64,000 nt of DNA from positions 1 to 64,000 of the forward strand of contig CAVZKL010000017.1 in NCBI GenBank assembly GCA_963775895.1, given 5' to 3'. Each line of letters starts with the position of its first letter. The stretch's first letter is position 1. The position numbers were made by a program, and so were the translations under genes. Source of the stretch: Candidatus Bathyarchaeota archaeon. Lineage in GTDB: Archaea > Thermoproteota > Bathyarchaeia > Bathyarchaeales > Bathycorpusculaceae. Below, piece after piece: positions 21,289 through 31,985 of the stretch. The notes under the pieces were generated by a model. The model had not been told where the DNA came from. It did no database searches and was given only the letters and a program-made list of their open reading frames with translations.

Positions 21289-22350
21289 GGCTTCGTGATC
21301 GAGATGCAATAGTCACCAAAGAAGGGCTGATTTTCCGTGTATTCGGCTATTCACACCCAGCAAAATCCTTTATCTGCGACGTTGAATATGCTTCCGAACG
21401 TATTTTCACGTCGAGTAACCCGAAGGCGCCTAGAAACGGTGCGCAGAACGTCTGGTACAAATTCTACGAAGATGAGGGATGGAGATTCCTCAAAAAGACC
21501 TTCCCGCAGTACCTGCTGTTCAACCCCATGCTTCAGAGGCAGATCGTTGGTGTTGATAGGCAGGACGTTTTGGAAGTTGGAAAGCCCGAAGAAAAACTTC
21601 GAGCCATAATGTCAACAGTAGCGAAAGATGATTTGCTAAGAGCTGCCCAAGAGGTGGTTGGCACCGTAACGAAACATTCAGGATTGAAGCTTGAGAACTT
21701 CGGCGTCTTCGGTTCCTTGCTGCATGATTTCTATCATCCCAAGTATTCGGACATTGACTTGACAGTTTACGGAAAAGAGAATGCTCTCAAACTTTCAAAA
21801 GTGTTGAATGAGGTCTACCAGTCTACATCTTCGTTAACCAACGAGTTTGCAAGCGAAGAATCGGTCAGAGCCAAGGATTGGCGTTTTCGGAACTTCAGTC
21901 GTAGAAGAATACTGGCGGCATCAACGCAGAAAATTGATGTACGCGGTGTTTGACGATAAGACGAGCCGAAGGAAAATAAAGGTAGAGTTTGAACCAGTGA
22001 GGGACTGGAAAGAGATCAACAACGATTACGACCCGAAGACTAGGGTTCAACAGATGGGCTGGGTCAAAGTTCTGGCCGAAGTGACCGAAGATGAACAAGC
22101 GCTTTTCATCCCGTCGATTTATGGCGTTGAACCCAGAGAAGTCATTGAAGGACCAAGTGAAGCCGCGCAAGCCACGCGAATCCTCTCCTATGTTGAAGAG
22201 TTTCGGAAACAGGCTACGGCGGGTGAAGTAGTGTACGTAGAGGGTAATCTGGAACAAGTGATAACTTCCACCAGCAGTTTCTATCAAATTGCTTTGACCT
22301 ATTGCCCCAGGTATTATGAGCAGGCTCTGAAAGTAAAAGGTCAAGCCTAG
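21276..22350 (+). CDS. COG1665-like nucleotidyltransferase, paralog 2 (frameshift near 21900)
   Basis: RDRDAIVTKEGLIFRVFGYSHP; FGVFGSLL...SDID; EGNLE. Confidence 0.75.
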
Positions 22351-23369
22351 ATGAGTATCATGTTGTCAGCCGGGTGGTTGCCAATCAACAGTCTAAAGTG
22401 TGCGCGGTCTGTTCTCATGTCCATGACTTTTTCGACTTTTCCTTGAGCCATCACGGTCTCTCCCTTTCTGGCTTGCTCACAAAATCTTCCACGGAACGAA
22501 CAGATCTCCGTAATCGCGACATTTTTCAGCCCTTCAATAACAGTCATGTTTTCGATTGAGTATCTGCAAGGAGTGAAAATTGATTCTGAATCATTCGAGA
22601 TGGTAGCTCTGATCTTTGCGCATCCCAAGTTCTTGTATTGAAAATCACCGTATTTCTCGTCAATTTCGTTCCAGTCTTTCACGAACCGGATGAAATAGTC
22701 GGTGTCCATGAACTTTCCCTGAAATGCCTTCCTCGATTCGGTTCGAACAAAGTCCTCAAAACCCATAGCGGTGTCCTTCGAACGAAAATCGAACAAACGC
22801 TTCAAATCGCTTGAATCGTAGGGTCTGAGAGCCGAATCAAGATCATTCAGCATCTTTCTGAGTGCGATATTGACTTTTCTGCAGTTCGCTGAACCATAAA
22901 CGATCAGGTCTAGGTCAGAATTGGCTCTGTGCAAGCCGACCAGGATAGAACCAGAAATCCCGATGCTATTCCGAGGCGTACCAGCTTTTTCTCCTAGAAG
23001 TAAGGCTAGGTTCAGAGCTTTGCTTTCAAGGGCATCCATGCTCTCACCTTTTTCCAACTGCTGGAGCTTTGCGATCGGGTCGTATTTTTCCTTCAAGCAG
23101 TCAATGGGTACTTCACACATTCTTTCATCAAATACGGGATCGAGAACGAGATACTGCGGATAATTCTCCTTCAGCAATGCGTAACGATCTGAAAGGGAAT
23201 AGACCTTGCCATACGACGACCCATTTCTGATTCTGTCGCCTGTTTCTTCAGGGAAATAGCGGATGAACGCGACTACTCGGTCTGAAGGATGAACTAGGCC
23301 CTTCACGTCAAAAATCAAGCCTTCTATGGTCTCGATCAGGTCTCCTTCACGGGTCTTCAAGGACATCAC
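22347..23369 (-). CDS. COG1665-like nucleotidyltransferase, paralog 3
   Basis: REGDLIETIEGLIFDVKGLVHP; GISGSILVG...SDLD; SFRGRFCEQA. Confidence 0.78.
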   Translation of the reverse strand: MMSLKTREGDLIETIEGLIFDVKGLVHPSDRVVAFIRYFPEETGDRIRNGSSYGKVYSLSDRYALLKENYPQYLVLDPVFDERMCEVPIDCLKEKYDPIAKLQQLEKGESMDALESKALNLALLLGEKAGTPRNSIGISGSILVGLHRANSDLDLIVYGSANCRKVNIALRKMLNDLDSALRPYDSSDLKRLFDFRSKDTAMGFEDFVRTESRKAFQGKFMDTDYFIRFVKDWNEIDEKYGDFQYKNLGCAKIRATISNDSESIFTPCRYSIENMTVIEGLKNVAITEICSFRGRFCEQARKGETVMAQGKVEKVMDMRTDRAHFRLLIGNHPADNMILI

Positions 23370-23551
23370 CCGCTTTCCTCACAATGAAGATCATTCACTC
23401 AAGTCTTATTTGAGCGACTCGGTAAACCTCATTTGCATCAAACGGTAATGACGCCCGCGCGACACCTTGTGTAATTTATTTGCTACCAGTGTAAGCTTTT
23501 ACACAATCTTAATAAACTCTCAGTAAAGGCCAAGACTGATAGGGTAATAGG

Positions 23552-24487
23552 ATGAATCCAACTGATGACGCGAAGAACGTTGCAAGGTGCCTGGAACTTG
23601 CTATTCTTCTAGAAACGAGCGCACACAAACCTGGCAACGTAAGTGTGGTCACAGACTTTGACCATACGCGCTACGAGCATTTTCTTGCATCTGCCGTGGC
23701 AGCAGCTTCATCATTTGAATCAGCAGCCATGCGAGGATTAAACGCTTCTGAAAAGGGAACAAATCTCAGCGTAGGGCTTTCAATAAAAGAATGCGTCGAG
23801 GACATTGCAGCATGGCAACACGGTGGGAACACGCTACTCGGGACCATTATCTTGCTATCACCGATGGCAACGGCTGCTGGCGTGACTTTGCGAAAAAGAG
23901 ACTTCGATATCCCTTCCTTCAGGAAGAATTTGAAGCTCGTCGTCGAATCAACGACACCAGAAGACGCGGTCGACGTGTACTCTGCCATAGAAATAGCCAA
24001 TCCTGCAGGACTCGGAAAAGCACCTGACTTGGACGTCACCGATCCGACATCTGAGAAAAGGATACTTGATGAGAAAATCTCTCTTTACAAAGTATTCAAG
24101 ATAGCTGAAAAATACGATACGATATGTTCAGAGTGGACCAGTAACTATCGGGTAACCTTCGACATCGCCTACCCTTCTCTTGCTAAGCGACTGAAAAATG
24201 ATGCAGACCCGAGCAGAGCTATCGTTCAGACTTTCTTAGAAGTTCTTGCCGAAGTTCCAGACACGTTCATAGCTAGGAAGACAAGCATGAAGAAAGCTCG
24301 CGAAGTGTCGTTGGAGGCAAAAGAAATAGTGCAGCTAGGCGGAATTGAAACTTCCAAAGGCAGAGAAAGCCTGCGCGCATTTGACGGGAGACTTAGGTCG
24401 TTCAGTAACTTGCTGAATCCTGGAACGACAGCGGACCTTATGGCTGCTGCATTGGCAGTATGCGTTCTGAATGGTTACAGGCCTTGA
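23552..24487 (+). CDS. citG: CitG family triphosphoribosyl transferase (archaeal / Orf7 type)
   Basis: LETSAHKPGNV, GGNTLLG, PDTFIARK, LNPGTTAD. Confidence 0.88.
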   Translation: MNPTDDAKNVARCLELAILLETSAHKPGNVSVVTDFDHTRYEHFLASAVAAASSFESAAMRGLNASEKGTNLSVGLSIKECVEDIAAWQHGGNTLLGTIILLSPMATAAGVTLRKRDFDIPSFRKNLKLVVESTTPEDAVDVYSAIEIANPAGLGKAPDLDVTDPTSEKRILDEKISLYKVFKIAEKYDTICSEWTSNYRVTFDIAYPSLAKRLKNDADPSRAIVQTFLEVLAEVPDTFIARKTSMKKAREVSLEAKEIVQLGGIETSKGRESLRAFDGRLRSFSNLLNPGTTADLMAAALAVCVLNGYRP

Positions 24488-24608
24488 TTTACTGATACTA
24501 TGCGTACGTGTTTGAAACAGGGGTAGTTGTTCAGGTAACTTAAATAGACTCATGAATTCAACAATAACTTCAATTAGCAATCTGTTAGGATCGAACAGTG
24601 ATAATTCG

Positions 24609-25016
24609 ATGGCAAAAACCTCTAGGCTGCGCGTGACTCTGCTGACAGGGCGGACGATAGACCAAGGCGTGGGCAAAGAGCGCGGCAAATCTTCAGATGA
24701 ATACAGAAACAGTGTTTCGGTGTGTTTTATCGACCAAGACGATATGAAGAAACTGGGCATAAAGTCCAACACGAACGTATGTGTTTCCACAGAATACGGT
24801 TCAGTGGTTGTTAAGGCCTTGAAATCGCCCAGAGGGCGACATCTTGGGGTGATTTACATTCCTTACGGTCCATGGGCAAACGTGATCGTCAGTCCAGTGA
24901 CAGACGATATCGGAATGCCTTCGTTCAAAGGGATCCCTGCGGAGATAGAAGCGGCCTCGGAAAAGCCGGTGCTTGATCTTCGCGATCTTCTTTCGGAACA
25001 GTTTAGGAAGGATTGA
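24609..25016 (+). CDS. fwdD: Formylmethanofuran dehydrogenase subunit D
   Basis: LLTGRTIDQG, IPYGPWAN, GMPSFKG. Confidence 0.92.
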   Translation: MAKTSRLRVTLLTGRTIDQGVGKERGKSSDEYRNSVSVCFIDQDDMKKLGIKSNTNVCVSTEYGSVVVKALKSPRGRHLGVIYIPYGPWANVIVSPVTDDIGMPSFKGIPAEIEAASEKPVLDLRDLLSEQFRKD

Positions 25017-25017
25017 C

Positions 25018-26469
25018 ATGGTAGTCATCAAATCCGTTCCTTGTCCCGTTTGCGGATGCCTGTGCGACGACATAGAACTCACAGTTGAGGATGGAAAAAT
25101 AGTCAAAGTCAAGAACGGATGTTCCATGTCCGAATCAAAATTCCTCAACTATGCAGGACACAGAGTGAGGAGTCCTCTTGCCAGAAAAAACGGCAAAATG
25201 GTGGAAGTGCCACTCGATGAGGCCATTTCAGAGGCCGCACGGATTCTGGCGAATTCCCGATACCCTCTGCTTTACGGGTGGAGCTCCACCAGCTGTGAGG
25301 CTATTCGCGTCGGTGTTGAATTGGCCGAAGAGGTTGGAGGAGTGATCGATAACACTTCAACAGTCTGCCACGGTCCATCCGTGTTAGCCATACAAGACGT
25401 TGGAATTCCATCATGCACTCTCGGGCAGATCAGACATAGAGCAGACCTGGTGGTCTACTGGGCTAGCGACCCGTGGAGTTCGCATCCCAGACACATCGAA
25501 AGATACACCAGTCTATCCGAGGGGAAATTCGAGAAGAGCGAATGGAGAGAATACGTTTCGAAAACAAAGGCTGGAGCCGCCCGAAAAAAAGTGGAACGCG
25601 CCTTGGACATGGTTCAGGCGAAACAACAGTTCTTTGCTCCTCCGCCTTCTAGCGAGGGACCGTGTCCCGCCATTTTGAAAGGTGGCAGGAAACTCGTCGT
25701 TGTAGACGTTAGAAAGACGAGAACTGCGGAGATTGCAGACTACTTCATACAGGTGGAACCGAACAAGGATTACGAGCTTCTTCAAGCTTTGAGGGCATTG
25801 ATTCGAGATCAGGAGCTCGAGGTCGAAAAGGTTGCAGGGGTGCCCGTTGAATACTTGGAAGAAGTCGCAGAAGCAATGATCGATTGTAGTTTTGGAGTGA
25901 TTTTCTTCGGGCTGGGGTTGACGATGAGCAAGGGAAAGAATAGAAATGTGGACGTTGCGATCGCCCTGACGCGAGATTTGAACATGCGCACCAAATTTGC
26001 GATAATGCCCATGAGAGGTCACTTCAACGTGTCGGGTGCGGACACTGTTTTTACGTGGCAGACTGGTTATCCTTACGCCATCGACTTTTCGATGGGCTAT
26101 CCGAGGTACAACCCTGGAGAAACAACAGCCGTGGACGTTCTCATGCGAGGAGACACGGACGCTGCGTTGGTGATTGCTTCTGACCCTGTTTCGAACTTTC
26201 CGAGACCCGCCGCTGAACACTTGGTGAAGAACCCGCTGATCGTCATAGACCCGCACATGAACGCGACCAGTCAGATGGCTGACGTGGTTTTTCCGTCCGC
26301 ATTCGTCGGCATAGAGACGAGTGGGACCGCGTATCGTATGGATCACGTTCCGATCGCGCTCAGGAAGATCCTTGATCCGCCAGAAGGATTGATTACTGAC
26401 GAGGAGATTTTGAAGAGAATACTCGCGGAAGTCAGAAGAATAAAGAACAAAGAAAAGGGGGCATACTAG
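25018..26469 (+). CDS. fwdB: Formylmethanofuran dehydrogenase subunit B (Cys ligand)
   Basis: CPVCGCLCDD, TVCHGP, MRGHFNV, TGYP, GTAYRMD. Confidence 0.95.
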   Translation: MVVIKSVPCPVCGCLCDDIELTVEDGKIVKVKNGCSMSESKFLNYAGHRVRSPLARKNGKMVEVPLDEAISEAARILANSRYPLLYGWSSTSCEAIRVGVELAEEVGGVIDNTSTVCHGPSVLAIQDVGIPSCTLGQIRHRADLVVYWASDPWSSHPRHIERYTSLSEGKFEKSEWREYVSKTKAGAARKKVERALDMVQAKQQFFAPPPSSEGPCPAILKGGRKLVVVDVRKTRTAEIADYFIQVEPNKDYELLQALRALIRDQELEVEKVAGVPVEYLEEVAEAMIDCSFGVIFFGLGLTMSKGKNRNVDVAIALTRDLNMRTKFAIMPMRGHFNVSGADTVFTWQTGYPYAIDFSMGYPRYNPGETTAVDVLMRGDTDAALVIASDPVSNFPRPAAEHLVKNPLIVIDPHMNATSQMADVVFPSAFVGIETSGTAYRMDHVPIALRKILDPPEGLITDEEILKRILAEVRRIKNKEKGAY

Positions 26470-28162
26470 ACGGAATTGCTGATCCGTAATGGCATCGTGT
26501 GCGATCCTTTCAAGCGGGATCAACTGCGAAAAGAAGGACATTGCGGTCAAGGATGGGAAGATTGTCGAAAGAGTCAATGAAAGGAGTGCACAAGAGATCG
26601 ATGCCTCTGGAATGCTGGTCATGCCCGGCGGTGTTGACATTCACACTCACATTGCAGGGGCAGAAGTCAACACTGGTAGACTGTTGAGGCCCGAAGATCA
26701 CTTCAGGGATTTTGAACGAAAGACTTCCATCACACGATCTGGCGTCGGGCGTTCAATTCCCTCCACCTTCACGACTGGTTACCGCTATGCAAGAATGGGT
26801 TACACCACGATAATGAACCCCTCAATGCCTCCGTTAGAGGCGAAACACACTCATGAAGAACTGAACGATACGCCTATGGTTGACAAGGCCACGTACCCGC
26901 TTCTCGGTGACTGGTGGTTTGTGCTCGAGTATTTGGCACGAGGAGACATTGAAGAGTGCGCGAGACACGTGGCTTGGATAATGAATTCCACCAAAGGATA
27001 CGCCATAAAAGTCGTGAACCCAGGTGGGTTAGAAGCGTGGGGTTTCGGACACAACGTCAGAAGACTCGATGATCAGGTTCCTTACTTCTGCATCACTCCT
27101 CGAGAAATTGTTCGGGGACTGTGCAAAGTGAACAAGTTGCTTGCCCTTCCGCACACCATTCATGTTCACACGAACAGTCTTGGAAAACCAGGAAACTACG
27201 TCAACGCGTTGGAAACGATGAAATGCGTCGATGACATGGCGGTTGACAACAAACCCGTGATCCACATAACACACTGCCAATTCTCAGCTTACAAAGGAGA
27301 CGACTGGGGAACTCTCCAATCAGGTGCAGATGACATAGCAAAATACGTCAACAATCACAATCACGTCACGATGGATATGGGGCAAATCATCTTCACTGAC
27401 ACCACGACGATGACCGCTGACGGCCCGTTTCAATACGACCTGTACGGTATCACAGGAAACAAATGGGTAAATCATGACGTCGAAACCGAAACAAGCGCCG
27501 GAATCGTCCCCTTCCGTTATCGCCGCAAGAGCTACGTGCACGCAACTCAGTGGTCGATAGGCTTGGAGCTGGCCTTACTCATTGAAGATCCTTGGAAAAT
27601 ATTCTTGACCACCGATCACCCGAACGCTGGACCCTTCACCTCGTACCCGCGAATCATCGCTTGGCTCATGAGCCGAAAGGCGAGGGAAGCAACGATGAAA
27701 AGGATCAACTCACGATCGAGAAGTAGAAGTCTGCTTCCTTCGATAACTCGAGAGTTGAGCTTCTACGAGATCGCGATTATGACTAGGGCTGGACCAGCCA
27801 AAGCTTTGGGGCTTGGACAAAAAGGACATCTGGCTCCTGGGGCAGACGCGGACATAGCCATCTACGATGTTAACCCTGAGAAAATCGACCCGTCGAGGAA
27901 GTACAAGACCGTGAGAAGAGCGTTCAAGAAAGCTGCCTACACGATAAAAGGCGGAGAGATCGTCGCGAAAGCAGGAGAGGTAGTGAGGCACAAGAACGGA
28001 GCAACGATGTGGCTCGACGTACAAGTGTCCGAACCTAAGGAAATATCGGATGACATGAAGAAACGGTTCAGAGACTACTGGACCGTGGAGTACGAGAATT
28101 ATCCGGTGGGCCAAGAATATCTCAAAGTTCCACACCGAATAGCTGTCAGGGCAAGTGTGTAA
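26470..28162 (+). CDS. fwdA: Formylmethanofuran dehydrogenase subunit A (frameshift near 26510)
   Basis: ELLIRNGIVCDP, PGGVDIHTH, KVVNPGG, TTDHPN amidohydrolase motifs. Confidence 0.95.
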
Positions 28163-28990
28163 ATGATAAGACTGCGTCCGTTGAACCAGTTCAGGTATCC
28201 GATAATTGCAGAGTGCATTACTCCGAATGATCTGGAAGGGAAGAGCATCAATGAAATAGAGGAATTGAAGGTCTGGGAAGGGAACAGACAAAGAAAGCTG
28301 ACAGAACTTTTCAGAGTCGAGCAGCTCAAAGACAAGTCTCAATCAGAAAGCAATTCAACAGTGGAAATTGAGGGTGACGTCAGCAAGGTCCGAAGAATTG
28401 GATGTGGCATGAAAAACGGGGAGATCATCATCAAGGGCGACGTCGGTATGCATTTGGGTGAGGAAATGAAAGGCGGCAAGATCACGGTCTACGGCAATGT
28501 CGCCGCTTGGGCTGGTTCGATGATGAAAAACGGGGTCATCGAGATCCATGGGAACGCTGGAAGCTATTTGGCTGCGCCGTACCGCGGAAGCAGCACCGGC
28601 ATGAAAGACGGAAAAATATCGGTCTTTGGAAACGTTGGACACGAAGCAGGGGCTCACATGAAAAAAGGAACGATCAAGATTTACGGAAACTCGGGACAAT
28701 TCACTGGTTTCCGAATGCAAAACGGTACAATCTACGTTCAAGGAGACTGTGACGAGAGAGTAGGCGCATGCATGGCTGATGGCAAGATCATCGTAGGGGG
28801 AAGCCTGCAGTCAGTTCTGCCGAGTTTCTCCATTGACAGCGTCAAGCCCAAGGCAAAAATCGAGGAGAACGAGACAGCTCAAGGGCCATTCTATGTTTTT
28901 ATAGGGGATCTAACGGAACATGGAAACGGAAGACTCCACGTTTCAAAACCGAAAAATCCGCACCTAAGCTCTTACGAAAAGTTCCTTTAA
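28163..28990 (+). CDS. fwdC: Formylmethanofuran dehydrogenase subunit C
   Basis: GxxMxxG beta-helix repeats, YRG, FIGDL. Confidence 0.95.
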   Translation: MIRLRPLNQFRYPIIAECITPNDLEGKSINEIEELKVWEGNRQRKLTELFRVEQLKDKSQSESNSTVEIEGDVSKVRRIGCGMKNGEIIIKGDVGMHLGEEMKGGKITVYGNVAAWAGSMMKNGVIEIHGNAGSYLAAPYRGSSTGMKDGKISVFGNVGHEAGAHMKKGTIKIYGNSGQFTGFRMQNGTIYVQGDCDERVGACMADGKIIVGGSLQSVLPSFSIDSVKPKAKIEENETAQGPFYVFIGDLTEHGNGRLHVSKPKNPHLSSYEKFL

Positions 28991-29003
28991 GGAGCAACTC
29001 TGC

Positions 29004-29966
29004 TTGAAAAAACCCTTCAGCGTAAATCGCATGGCATGGCGTTTATTGGAGGAGTTAATCGAAAATCACGTCTTCTATGGCGTACAGACGGAAAGGGCGT
29101 CTCAAGGAACAGTCATTCTGGACGCTGGCGCAACTGCAAGGGGCGGTTTTCGGGCTGGGGAACTCGTCACTGAAATCTGTTTGGGCGGAATGGGTCAAGC
29201 GCGAGTATCTTTGAGAAAATACGATGACTTGGATTTGCCGTCGATTTTCGTGTACACGGATCACCCCGCCGTCGCAGCACTCGGTTGCCAATTTGCAGGG
29301 TGGCAATTGAGCCAAGAAGGTTATTCTGCAATAGGCTCGGGTCCGGCTAGAGCTTTGGCCTTGAAACCTAGGGAATTGTTTGAAGAAATCCAGTACTGCG
29401 ATGAAAGCGACTGTGCAGTTATGGTAATGGAAAGCGACAAGCCGCCGCCCGCAGAATTGATCGATCGCATAGCCAGGGACTGCAAGGTCAAGCCGTCGAG
29501 GTTAGCAATTATTCTGGCTCCCACGGCAAGCTTGATTGGAGCAATTCAAATATCAGGACGAATCGTAGAAACGGGGCTCCACAAGCTGAGGCGACTGGGA
29601 TTAGACCCCAAGAAGGTTCACTACGCGTGTGGATGCGCCCCTATACCGCCGCTTCATCCGAAGTTTTCAAGGGCAATGGGAAGAACCAATGATGCGATTC
29701 TGTACGGCGGAGTATCATATTACGCTGTTGAGTCAGATGACGAAGAGAAGCTGAACAAGATTGTCCAGAAGGCCCCATCAACGGCTTCCAAGGCCTATGG
29801 AAAACCTTTCTTCGAAGTCTTCAAAGAAGCCAATCACGATTTCTACAAGATAGACTCGGATCTTTTTGCACCTGCGACCGTCGTTGTCAACAATATCAAG
29901 ACCGGCAACACCTTCGCAAGCGGCGAAATCAACGTTCAAATACTAAAAAAATCCTTTGAAATATGA
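29004..29966 (+). CDS. mch: Methenyl-H4MPT cyclohydrolase
   Basis: ICLGG, QFAGW, GSGPARAL, GRTND, DFYKID..LFAP. Confidence 0.95.
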   Translation: MKKPFSVNRMAWRLLEELIENHVFYGVQTERASQGTVILDAGATARGGFRAGELVTEICLGGMGQARVSLRKYDDLDLPSIFVYTDHPAVAALGCQFAGWQLSQEGYSAIGSGPARALALKPRELFEEIQYCDESDCAVMVMESDKPPPAELIDRIARDCKVKPSRLAIILAPTASLIGAIQISGRIVETGLHKLRRLGLDPKKVHYACGCAPIPPLHPKFSRAMGRTNDAILYGGVSYYAVESDDEEKLNKIVQKAPSTASKAYGKPFFEVFKEANHDFYKIDSDLFAPATVVVNNIKTGNTFASGEINVQILKKSFEI

Positions 29967-29983
29967 GAGCACTGAACTCGGTC

Positions 29984-30613
29984 TCATTGTGTATTCATTG
30001 ATTTCTTGTTTGCTTTGAAATAGAAGACTCTTCCGACGAATTCTCGGAACCCAGTGTTTCCAGCAAGTGCGCCCATGAGAAGACTCATGACCAATATCTC
30101 TATCCACGCTTTTGGAATGACCAGCGGAATCATGAAAGCCATCGCCGGTATCCCGACCAGCTGAACTGCGAACAGAAAGTAGAAGACTGTGTAAATGGAT
30201 TCAGGAACGTAAGCCAACAGAGTCAACGGCAGCGCCCAGGCAGAGCGTCTTGAACCGCTGACCAGTCCCGATCTCCTGTAGAGAAATCCGGCCAATAAGC
30301 CAGTTATCGCCTTTCCAATAGGTACGCCTATCACTGAAAGCAGGCCTAACGTGCCCAATACATAGCCAAAGTAATACCCTGCATAAATTCCGCTCAAGAA
30401 CCCAACGAGCGCGCCGATGTAAGGTCCGCCGAAGAAAGCCGCCACAAATGTCGCAATATGCGAAAGATCCAACGCTGCGCCTCCCTGTCCGACAGGGAGT
30501 AATGGAGCTACGTTCAAAGATATCAAAGACAGCGTGGTTCCCAGCGCACTTAGCATCGCAACGAAAGCAGTCTGTTTGGCATCCATCTTTTTCAACTCGC
30601 TTCGGCGACCCAT
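29984..30613 (-). CDS. ECF transporter S component, substrate unknown
   Basis: AFVAMLSAL, LDLSHI...AFFGGPYIGALVG; six TM helices. Confidence 0.75.
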   Translation of the reverse strand: MGRRSELKKMDAKQTAFVAMLSALGTTLSLISLNVAPLLPVGQGGAALDLSHIATFVAAFFGGPYIGALVGFLSGIYAGYYFGYVLGTLGLLSVIGVPIGKAITGLLAGFLYRRSGLVSGSRRSAWALPLTLLAYVPESIYTVFYFLFAVQLVGIPAMAFMIPLVIPKAWIEILVMSLLMGALAGNTGFREFVGRVFYFKANKKSMNTQ

Positions 30614-30720
30614 GATACCTTCTAATTCTTATTTAAGAGTAGCTACTCACAAAAGGGTACAAGTAATGAGGCTTGAAACATAAATATCTAGGCTGTATAT
30701 CATCATAATGGGAACTACCG

Positions 30721-31969
30721 TTGTCTGAAGCTCTCAAATTCTCAACGACAAGCCTAAAAGTGTGGCTTGAACGCGAGACAAAGTCCATTTTCGTTCCAGT
30801 CCACACGAAAGCACAAAGACTGTTCGACGATATGCGCAAGGCTCTTGATAATCTCCAAGATGTTTCGAAGATGCTTCTCGAAAACAGTGGAAAAGAGATT
30901 GAAAAAAGAAATATGAAGACCTATGGACGAGCGAGAGCATTGAATAAACTTGCGAAATTATTCGTTGACAGATTACGTCAACTCAAGATTCCGAACAAAG
31001 TTACCTACGAAAGTCTGGAAGGCTTTGTGAAGGACGTGCAGAAAGCATTTATGGTAACCGAAATTGACGTGAGAAACTATTTTCCGAGGATTTCGCCCTT
31101 CTTTATACTTGACAGAAGAAAGTTCCTCGCAGTTTTCGAGAAAGCGAAAGAGATGCTGAGAGAACTGGAAGGCTTCGTTTCAAAAGAGTATATCAAGACA
31201 AAAACGCTTGAAGACACGTTTCAACTCATAGACAAGCTGGCCGCCCTTGAGAAACAACTCGGAGAACTCGGAGATCAGAAGGCAAAGGCCGAAGCCAATA
31301 GGAAACTTGTTGAGAACCAGATTGATGAGCTGGCAACGGAGAATCACCGAGATGAAGACGATAGGTAGTATGGGCCAGCTCAGCCAGACTAGCAACGAAA
31401 TCGCAAGCCTGTGCGAAGAACTGAAGCACAATCTGCAGCATCTTCAGAAGCCTTTCATCAAGCTCCAGTCTTTGGCAACCCACGGCGAAGGAAGCGGTTT
31501 GACGCCTGAAGAGTTGAAGAAACTCGCCCAATATTTGGACAACCCCTTCGAAGCACTCGCGACAGAAGAAACAGGACATCGCATTCTAAAAGGAATCCTC
31601 GAGAAACTGAACAAAGCGATTTCGGAAGACAAGCTCAAGTTGAAACCTGAAAAAGCTCGCAAAGCAGAACAGACCATAAACAGCATCATCAACAACAATT
31701 CGCTCGCAAATGTGCACCAAAAGTGCAAGGACACTATGACCAAGAGAACTCGACTTTCTACCTCAGAGGAAATGGCCGCAACACTGAAGGACCTTGCAAA
31801 ACTCGATGAACAATCGGACGCCTTGAGAAGGAACAAGGGAGTCCTAGAATCTGAAGAACTCTCAATAAGAAGGAACTATACGGAAACAGCTGAAAAGATA
31901 CGAAATCACAGGAGCGACATAGAAAAGAACGTTTTCAGTTTCACAGCCAAGAAAATCGTCGTGGAATAG
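30721..31969 (+). CDS. Coiled-coil hypothetical protein (frameshift near 31335)
   Basis: Two overlapping helical ORFs; YFPRISPFFI. Confidence 0.6.
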
Positions 31970-31985
31970 GCCTGAGGCACTCTGT

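Noticed and set aside
26467-26510. Amber (pyrrolysine) readthrough fusing fwdB to fwdA
   Set aside because: The fwdA N-terminus is in frame after TAG, but TAG ends many ordinary genes here at expected positions; a separate start is more likely
25513-26640. Long antisense ORFs (375 aa here; also 4806-5399, 33038-33640)
   Set aside because: Shadow frames of well-supported genes with no recognisable motifs
3526-28990. Selenocysteine in HdrA, MvhD or FwdB
   Set aside because: Catalytic positions are Cys and no in-frame TGA is seen
24609-29966. Evidence of methanogenesis
   Set aside because: No mcr or mtr in the window; fwd/mch/hdrA also serve the archaeal Wood-Ljungdahl pathway
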